Of a stretch of 64,000 nt of DNA, positions 57,856 through 64,000 are shown piece after piece (position 1 is the stretch's first letter; every line of letters starts with the position of its first letter). The DNA comes from an uncultured bacterium (lineage in GTDB: Bacteria; Krumholzibacteriota; Krumholzibacteriia; JACNKJ01). The DNA lies in assembly GCA_963695095.1 (NCBI GenBank), contig CAVOFT010000001.1:448001-512000 (forward strand), given 5' to 3'. The notes under the pieces were generated by a model, which saw nothing but the letters and a program-made list of their open reading frames with translations, searched no databases and was not told the origin of the DNA. The position numbers were made by a program, and so were the translations under genes.

Positions 57856-58851
57856 ATGAAGCCACAGTGGACGATCCGTGACTTCACGCCCGCCGACTAC
57901 GACGGCTACGCCGCGGTGCACAACGCCTGCTACCCGGACTACCTGCAGGCGGCCGCCGACATGGCGCGGCTGGACAGCCTGCGCGGCCCGCAGGTCCGCT
58001 GGCGGCGCTGGGTGGGCGAGGCCGCCGGTCGCGTGGTCGCCTGGGCGAGCTATGCCAACGGCAGCCACGCCTTCCACCCGCGCAAGTTCTGGCTGGAGGT
58101 GGGCGTCGATCCCGACTGGCGGCGGCAGGGCATGGGCAGGGCGCTCTTCGATCGCGTGAATGCGGCCCTGGCCGACTTCGACCCCATCGTGCTGCGCAGC
58201 GAGCTGCGCGAGGACAACCTCGTCGGCCGCGCTTTCGCGGAAGCCCGCGGCTTCGGCCTCGACTACCGCGAGCAGGAGTCGCGCCTGGACATCCGCGCCT
58301 TCGCCCCCGAGCGTTTCGCGGCGGAGCTGGCGCGGGTGGCGGCAGCGGGCATTGCGATCAAGAGCTACGCGGAGCTGGCGGCCGACCCCGAGCGCGATGC
58401 GAAGTTCCATGCGCTCGATGAACTGCTCTGCGCGGACGTGCCGAGCAGCGATCCGCACACCGGGTCGGAGTTCGCCATCTGGCGCCGGCGCCAGCTGGAG
58501 AGTCCCAAGTTCCTGCCCGGGCTGAACATGTTCGCCCAGCGCGGAGACGAGTACGTGGGCCTGAGCAACTTGTGGAAAGAGGAGACGCCCGGCCGCGTGG
58601 AGACCGGGCTGACGGGCGTGCGGCGCGAGTACCGCAAGCTGGGCATCGCCACCGCGCTCAAGGTGTCCGTACTCGCGGCCGCCAAGGCGGCCGGCTACGA
58701 GGCCACGCTCACCTGGAACGCCGAAACGAACAAGGGCATGCTGGGCATCAACGAGCGGCTTGGATTCCTGCCCCAGCCCGCCTGGTGGATGATCGAGAAG
58801 GTGCTGGACGCCGCCGCGCTCGCGGCGAGCGCCGGTCAGGAGGCAAGCTGA
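57856..58851 (+). CDS. Tandem double-domain GNAT acetyltransferase, paralog 2
   Basis: VDPDWRRQGMG and TGVRREYRKLGIA..MLGINERLGF; AAGGAGG RBS. Confidence 0.88.
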   Translation: MKPQWTIRDFTPADYDGYAAVHNACYPDYLQAAADMARLDSLRGPQVRWRRWVGEAAGRVVAWASYANGSHAFHPRKFWLEVGVDPDWRRQGMGRALFDRVNAALADFDPIVLRSELREDNLVGRAFAEARGFGLDYREQESRLDIRAFAPERFAAELARVAAAGIAIKSYAELAADPERDAKFHALDELLCADVPSSDPHTGSEFAIWRRRQLESPKFLPGLNMFAQRGDEYVGLSNLWKEETPGRVETGLTGVRREYRKLGIATALKVSVLAAAKAAGYEATLTWNAETNKGMLGINERLGFLPQPAWWMIEKVLDAAALAASAGQEAS

Positions 58852-59831
58852 TGACGCACGCTATTCGCGACTTCACCGAGGCCGATTACGAAGCCTGGGC
58901 GGAATTGCACAACGATGTCTATCCGGACTACGCCGAGAGCGCCGAGGAGCGCCGTCGGGCCGATCGTTTGCGGGAGCCGCAGCACCAGCTGCGCCGCTGG
59001 GTCTGCGAAGCGGGGGACCGGCTCGTCGGCACGGGGTCCTACTACCAGGAGACCTGGGGCTACCACCCGCGCAAGTTCAACGTCGAGGTGGTCGTGGCCC
59101 CGAGCGCCCGGCGTCGCGGCCTGGGCGCCGCGCTCTACGATACGGTCGTGGCTGCCCTTGCCGAGCAGGACCCCATCCTCCTGCGCGGCATGCTGCGCGA
59201 GGACTGGGCCGAGAGCGCCCGCTTCGTGGCGGCGCGCGGTTACGGCCAGGGCATGCGCGTGGAGGAGTCGGTCTGCGACATCGCGAGCTTCGACCCGGGC
59301 GCCTACGCCGCCGATCTCGAGCGGGCAACGAAGCAGGGCATCGTCATCCGCAGCCTGCCCGAGCTGGAGTCGATGGCCGGCTGGGAGGAGAAGATGTACG
59401 CGCTCGCGCAGCAGCTCCTGGCCGACATGCCCCGCACGGAGCCGCACGTGCCGCCGCCCTTCGCGCTCTGGCGGGAGAGTCGGCTCGAGAGCCCGCGCTT
59501 CCTGCCCGAGCTGAACCTGTTCGCCGTGGACGGCGAGCGTTTCATTGGCATCAGCAACTTCTGGCGGAGCACGATTCCGGCTCGCGTCGGCACGGGCCTC
59601 ACGGGAGTGCTCGGCGAGTACCGCCGCCGCGGGCTCGCGACGGCGCTGAAGGTACGCGCACTCGGCGCCGCAAAAGCGGCGGGCTACAAGGAGACGCGCA
59701 CCTGGAACGCCGCCGAGAACGCGGGCATGCTGGGCATCAACCGCCGGCTGGGCTTCACGCCGCTGCCGGCCTGGCTGGAGATGGAAAAACCCGTGGGCGC
59801 GGCGGTGAAGGAAGAAGCCCATGGCGCCTGA
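58851..59831 (+). CDS. Tandem double-domain GNAT acetyltransferase, paralog 3
   Basis: VAPSARRRGLG and TGVLGEYRRRGLA..MLGINRRLGF; TGATG coupling. Confidence 0.88.
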   Translation: MTHAIRDFTEADYEAWAELHNDVYPDYAESAEERRRADRLREPQHQLRRWVCEAGDRLVGTGSYYQETWGYHPRKFNVEVVVAPSARRRGLGAALYDTVVAALAEQDPILLRGMLREDWAESARFVAARGYGQGMRVEESVCDIASFDPGAYAADLERATKQGIVIRSLPELESMAGWEEKMYALAQQLLADMPRTEPHVPPPFALWRESRLESPRFLPELNLFAVDGERFIGISNFWRSTIPARVGTGLTGVLGEYRRRGLATALKVRALGAAKAAGYKETRTWNAAENAGMLGINRRLGFTPLPAWLEMEKPVGAAVKEEAHGA

Positions 59832-60786
59832 GCTGCGCGCCTTTCGCCCGGCGGATTACGCGGCGCTCGCCGCGCTGCAGCGCGCCTGCGAGCCGGAGCA
59901 TCCACTGAACGAGGCGCACTGGCGCCACGAGGACGGCCTGGAGGACCCGCGCGTGAAGCGGGGGCGGGTCGTGGCGGTCGAAGAGGGGGTCCCGATCGCG
60001 TACGCGGGGTACATGCAGTACTCGATGATGTTCCACCCGCGCCGCTTCGTGCTCTACGGCGGCGTCGCGCCGGCGGCGCGGGGGCAGGGCCTGGGCCGCG
60101 CGCTCTACGCCTGGCTGCTCGCAGCGCTGGCGCCCTTCGCGCCGGAGCGGCTCGGCGTCGGTCTCTGGGCCGATCAGGGGGAAGGCGAGGCTTGGCTCGC
60201 GCGCCGCGGCTATCGCGAGACCCTCCGGGAAATCGAATCGGCGCTCGAACTCGGCGCCTTCCTGCCCGCGGACTGGATCGCCGCCGAGGCGCGGGCACGG
60301 TCCGCCGGCGTTCGGCTCGCCAGCCTGGCCGACCTGGGCGATGGCGAGGCCTGGCGCCGGCGCATCTACGAGCTCGACATGGCCTTCAGCACGGACATTC
60401 CGATGACGGGCCCGCTCACCCCGCCCGACTACGCGATCTACGCCCACCTCTACTTCGCCTGTCCCGGCTTCCAGCCCGAGCTCTGCTGGCTGGCCCTGGC
60501 GCCGGGGGCGGAGGGCGAGGAGGTCGTGGGCCTGTGCTGGCATGCGCTCGCGCCGATGCCGAAGGAACTCGAGACCATCGTCAGCGGCGTGCGGCGGGAT
60601 CAGCGCGGCCAGGGGATCGCGCTGGCGCTCAAGTCGCGGGCGCTGGCCGACGCCGAGGCGCGCGGCTTCACACGGGTCGTCACGCGCAATGCAGCCACGA
60701 ACGCCGGCATGCTGGCCGTCAACACGCGCCTCGGCTACCGTCCGATCGGCGCCCGCCTCATCATGGAGAAGGAGCTGAGCGCATGA
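59821..60786 (+). CDS. Tandem double-domain GNAT acetyltransferase, paralog 4
   Basis: VAPAARGQGLG and SGVRRDQRGQGIA..MLAVNTRLGY. Confidence 0.85.
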   Translation: MAPELRAFRPADYAALAALQRACEPEHPLNEAHWRHEDGLEDPRVKRGRVVAVEEGVPIAYAGYMQYSMMFHPRRFVLYGGVAPAARGQGLGRALYAWLLAALAPFAPERLGVGLWADQGEGEAWLARRGYRETLREIESALELGAFLPADWIAAEARARSAGVRLASLADLGDGEAWRRRIYELDMAFSTDIPMTGPLTPPDYAIYAHLYFACPGFQPELCWLALAPGAEGEEVVGLCWHALAPMPKELETIVSGVRRDQRGQGIALALKSRALADAEARGFTRVVTRNAATNAGMLAVNTRLGYRPIGARLIMEKELSA

Positions 60787-61901
60787 GCCTCGCCGTCGTC
60801 GAGCTGAATGGAGACGCCTACGCGCAGGGCCTCGCCCACGGCAAGGCCCTGGCCGCGGCGATCGCCCACAACCTGCGCGTCTACCTGGACCGCTTCGAGC
60901 GCGAGGCAAAGCTGCCGCGCCCGGAGCTGCTGGCGAGGAGCGGCGCCTACCTGGAGGCGCTGGGCGGCCGCGCGGTCGAGTACCGCCGCGGCATGGAGGG
61001 CATCGCGGCCGGCGCGGGCCAGCCCTTCGATCTCATCGCCATGCTCAACCTGCGCTACGAGCTGCTCTACTACCAGTACGGCACGGTGAAGGCGGCCGAG
61101 GCGGCCGAGCAGCTCAAGGAGCGACGGGCCGAGCCCGATGGCTGCACGGCCTTCGCCCTGCTGCCCGCAGCGACGGCGGCGGGGCGCCTGCTCATCGGCC
61201 AGAACTGGGACTGGATCCCGCAGGTGAAGGGCGCCCTGCTGCGCGTGCGGCCCGAGGCGGGCCCCGCGCGGCTGGGCTTCACCGAGGCGGGCATCCATGG
61301 CCTGAAGATCGGCTGCAACGCGGCCGGCGTGGCCCTGGCCATCAACGGCATGCTGAGCACGGCCGACGACTGGGCGCGCTTCGCGCTGCCCTTCCACTGG
61401 CGCTGCGACGCCGTGCTCGCGGCGACGAGCTTCGCGGCGGCCGTGGCCGTGATCGCCGACGAGCCGCGCGCCTGCACGACGAACTACCTCATCGCCCAGG
61501 CGCCGGATCAGGTGCTGGACCTCGAAGCGGCGCCGGACGCCCTCGGGCGCATCGGCTGTCGCGATGGCTGCCTGGCCCACGCCAACCACTTCGAGGATCC
61601 GGCGGCGATCGGGGTCGTGGAGCCGCCCAGCCTGACGCGGCCCTTCTCGCGCCAGCGCGCCGCGCGCCTGGAGACCTTGCTCCGCGCCGGGCGCCCCGTG
61701 GCCCTCCCCGCGCTCGAGGGCATGCTGCGCGATCACCTGCACCGCCCCAACTCCGTCTGCCGACACGAAGACGAGGCGCTGCCTGCGGTCGAGCGCGTGC
61801 ACACGGTCGCTTCGCTGATCATGGATCCGGCGGCGGGGCGCCTCTGGGCCACGGACGGTCCGCCCTGCGCCGGCGAGTACCAGGAAGTCTCGCTGGACTG
61901 A
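60783..61901 (+). CDS. C45-family autoproteolytic Ntn hydrolase/acyltransferase (AAT-like)
   Basis: G..HG, LNLRYEL, DG|CTAF nucleophile site, GQNWDW, HANHF; ATGA coupling. Confidence 0.85.
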   Translation: MSLAVVELNGDAYAQGLAHGKALAAAIAHNLRVYLDRFEREAKLPRPELLARSGAYLEALGGRAVEYRRGMEGIAAGAGQPFDLIAMLNLRYELLYYQYGTVKAAEAAEQLKERRAEPDGCTAFALLPAATAAGRLLIGQNWDWIPQVKGALLRVRPEAGPARLGFTEAGIHGLKIGCNAAGVALAINGMLSTADDWARFALPFHWRCDAVLAATSFAAAVAVIADEPRACTTNYLIAQAPDQVLDLEAAPDALGRIGCRDGCLAHANHFEDPAAIGVVEPPSLTRPFSRQRAARLETLLRAGRPVALPALEGMLRDHLHRPNSVCRHEDEALPAVERVHTVASLIMDPAAGRLWATDGPPCAGEYQEVSLD

Positions 61902-61907
61902 GGGCGG

Positions 61908-63149
61908 CTAGCTGGTCTGGGGCTGGCGCTGGTGGTTGATGCCGCGCGTGAAGCTGTCGAGATTTTCGATGGTGCCCAGGTAGTCCTCGGCCGTGGTGGC
62001 CGACTCCAGACCCAGCTCGGCGCAGAGGCGCTCCACCTCGGCCCAGTCGCCGTGCTCGAGACCGGCGCACAGCTTGAGGAGGGTGCCGAGCAGGCCGGTG
62101 CCGTCGATCAGGCCCTCGCGCGCGAGGGGGCTGACGGGCAGCAGCTCGAGCACCTTCTCCATCGTGCGGCCGAGGATGACGTCCAGCCAGGAGAAGAAGC
62201 CGACGAAGTAGAACTCCTGGTCGCGCATCTTCTGGCCGAGGCGGGTGGCGAGGGTCTCCAGGAAGGAGGCGCGGATGAAGGAGCGCTGCACGAGTTCTTC
62301 GCTGCTGTCCTCGGCGATGTCGGTCATGGCCGTCACCTGGATGAGCTGGCGGATGCGCACCTCGCCCAGCATCACCATGGCGTGGCTGATGGAGAGGATC
62401 TCGTGCGGCAGGCCCGCCCAGGCCGAGTTCACCAGGCGCAACAGGCGATAGGAGAGCGATAGATCGCTCTTGATCAGGCTCTCCAGGCTCGCGTAGTCGA
62501 CGGGATCCTTGCGAATGGCCTGGAAGAGCGCCAGCGCCACGGCCTTGTTGCGCGGGATGTCGCCGTGGGTGAGCACCTCGGGGCGCTGGAAGTAGAAACC
62601 CTGGAAATAGGTGAAGCCCAGGCTCTGCGCGCGCTGGAAGTCCGCCCAGGTCTCCACCTTCTCGGCGAGGAAGCGCAGGCCGGGCCGGCGCCAGGCGCGG
62701 ACGATCTCGGCGGCGCGGGTCTCGCCGGCGGCCTTCCAGTCCACCTTGATCACGTCCACCAGCTCGACGAAGGGGAGCTGGTCCTGGCAGTTGACGACAT
62801 CGTCGAGCGCGAAGCGGTAGCCGGCGGCCTTCAGCTCGCGCACGGCCTCGACGACCTCCGGGTCCGGCGCGACGTCCTCGAGGATCTCGATCACCACCTG
62901 CTTGGCCGGGAGCAGGCGCACGCTGCCGTCGAGGAGGAGCTGGCGCGGCATGTTGATGAAGGCGTCATGGCCGCTGGTCAGGGCGGACAGATCGAAGAGC
63001 GATAGCGAGTTGGAGATCACCGAGGAAGTGGCTGCATTGGCGTCCCGCCCGCGGAACAGGTTCTCCGGCCCCGAGCGGAAGAGCAGCTCGTAGGCGTGGA
63101 CCTTGTTGTCCACGGTCAGGATGGGCTGGCGGGCGATGAAGGCTTCCAT
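61908..63149 (-). CDS. EAL + HDOD c-di-GMP signalling protein (YuxH/PdeH-like)
   Basis: FIARQPI, YELLFR, IEILE, ALDD, AEKVET, FQGFYF.RP, LLRLVNSA; AGGA RBS. Confidence 0.9.
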   Translation of the reverse strand: MEAFIARQPILTVDNKVHAYELLFRSGPENLFRGRDANAATSSVISNSLSLFDLSALTSGHDAFINMPRQLLLDGSVRLLPAKQVVIEILEDVAPDPEVVEAVRELKAAGYRFALDDVVNCQDQLPFVELVDVIKVDWKAAGETRAAEIVRAWRRPGLRFLAEKVETWADFQRAQSLGFTYFQGFYFQRPEVLTHGDIPRNKAVALALFQAIRKDPVDYASLESLIKSDLSLSYRLLRLVNSAWAGLPHEILSISHAMVMLGEVRIRQLIQVTAMTDIAEDSSEELVQRSFIRASFLETLATRLGQKMRDQEFYFVGFFSWLDVILGRTMEKVLELLPVSPLAREGLIDGTGLLGTLLKLCAGLEHGDWAEVERLCAELGLESATTAEDYLGTIENLDSFTRGINHQRQPQTS

Positions 63150-63294
63150 TGTGATCCTGTAATGCTCGATGCGCCAAAGACTTCGCGCCTGTGAGGCGGC
63201 CGCAGCAGCCTCGCAACTTCCGTTCCACGCTAACCCGCAAGCCCGGCGGATTTCTCGCCGCGCCTTCCCGTTTCCTGGCAGGGTGCGGGCTTCC

Positions 63295-63323
63295 TTGCAG
63301 CCCCCTCGCTGCGGCGCTAGAGT
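63295..63323 (+). promoter_or_regulatory. sigma70 promoter of rmuC
   Basis: TTGCAG-17-TAGAGT. Confidence 0.5.
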
Positions 63324-63344
63324 GGCCCCGGCGCGGAGGTGAGC

Positions 63345-64000
63345 ATGGACGCGCAGGCACTCCTGCTGGGCATAGTTATCGGCGGCATGGTCGGCGTTCT
63401 TGCCGCCTTTCTCTGGTTGCGGGGGCGATTGGCGCGCGCGGAGATGGAGCTGGTGCGACAGCAGGCGATTCTCGAGGGCGAGCGGCGCAATGCCGCCGAG
63501 AAGGCCGAGCTGCTCAAGAAGGAGGGCGAGCGGCTGAAGACCGAGTTCGAGGCCCTGGCCGCCCAGGCCCTGCGCGCCAACAACGAGAGCTTCCTGGCCG
63601 TGGCGAGGGAGACGCTCGGCCGGGAACAGGCGGCGGCCAAGGGCGAGCTGGAGCTGCGCGAGCAGGCCGTGGGCAAGCTGGTCGAGCCCCTGGCCAGATC
63701 CCTGGAAAAGGTGAACGAGGAGCTGGGCCGCATCGAGAAGGCGCGCGCGGAGGCCTTCGGGGGGCTCAACGAGCAGCTCAGGGCACTGGCCGGGTCCCAC
63801 GAGAAGCTGCAGGCCGAGACCGGCAACCTCGTGCAAGCCCTGCGCCGGCCCAGCGGCCGCGGCCAGTGGGGCGAGATGCAGCTGCGCCGCGTGGTCGAGA
63901 TGGCCGGCATGATCGATCACGTGGACTTCGATGTGCAGGTGAGCAGCGAGTCCGAGGCCGGGCGCCTCAGGCCGGACATGATCATCAACATGCCCGGCGG
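63345..64000 (+). CDS. rmuC: DNA recombination protein RmuC, partial (runs off the window; absent from the ORF track)
   Basis: Hand translation: N-terminal TM, coiled coil, ETGNLVQAL, RGQWGEMQLRRVVE, RPDMII; GGAGG RBS. Confidence 0.9.
   Translation, partial: MDAQALLLGIVIGGMVGVLAAFLWLRGRLARAEMELVRQQAILEGERRNAAEKAELLKKEGERLKTEFEALAAQALRANNESFLAVARETLGREQAAAKGELELREQAVGKLVEPLARSLEKVNEELGRIEKARAEAFGGLNEQLRALAGSHEKLQAETGNLVQALRRPSGRGQWGEMQLRRVVEMAGMIDHVDFDVQVSSESEAGRLRPDMIINMPG

Noticed and set aside
63240..63345. SOS-type box upstream of rmuC
   Set aside because: A promoter is visible but there is no CTATAC-N4-GTATAG-like site.

Overview
High-GC bacterial chromosomal window, mostly housekeeping and accessory genes. 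A FlgD/T9SS-like C-terminal domain and a '...SWSAVKSRY' C-terminal motif suggest an FCB-group candidate phylum such as Krumholzibacteriota, Latescibacterota or Eisenbacteria (inference). About 50 CDS: PP2C phosphatase, two SppA proteases, MrfA/YprA-like helicase, YprB-like exonuclease, multiheme cytochrome, two-component pair, photolyase plus DUF523/DUF1722, Ser/Thr kinase, guaB, two S9 peptidases, sirtuin, four tandem double-GNATs plus a C45 hydrolase, EAL-HDOD and a partial rmuC. No rRNA, tRNA or CRISPR seen. Highlights: (1) an IS91/ISCR-like unit at 10.8-15.0 kb with oriIS, an outward promoter, foreign cargo truncated at both ends, and a 459-bp diverged duplication of the flanking gene; (2) two copies of an unannotated minus-strand element (sigma54-like promoter, conserved 32-nt core, hairpin), a candidate sRNA; (3) a 16-bp operator at the same spacer position in two DNA-repair promoters, a candidate SOS box; (4) a 28-codon leader ORF ahead of the 4xGNAT+C45 operon; (5) a multiheme cytochrome with a T9SS-like tail and an SppA fused to a probable beta-barrel. 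All calls are by eye; no database searches were run.
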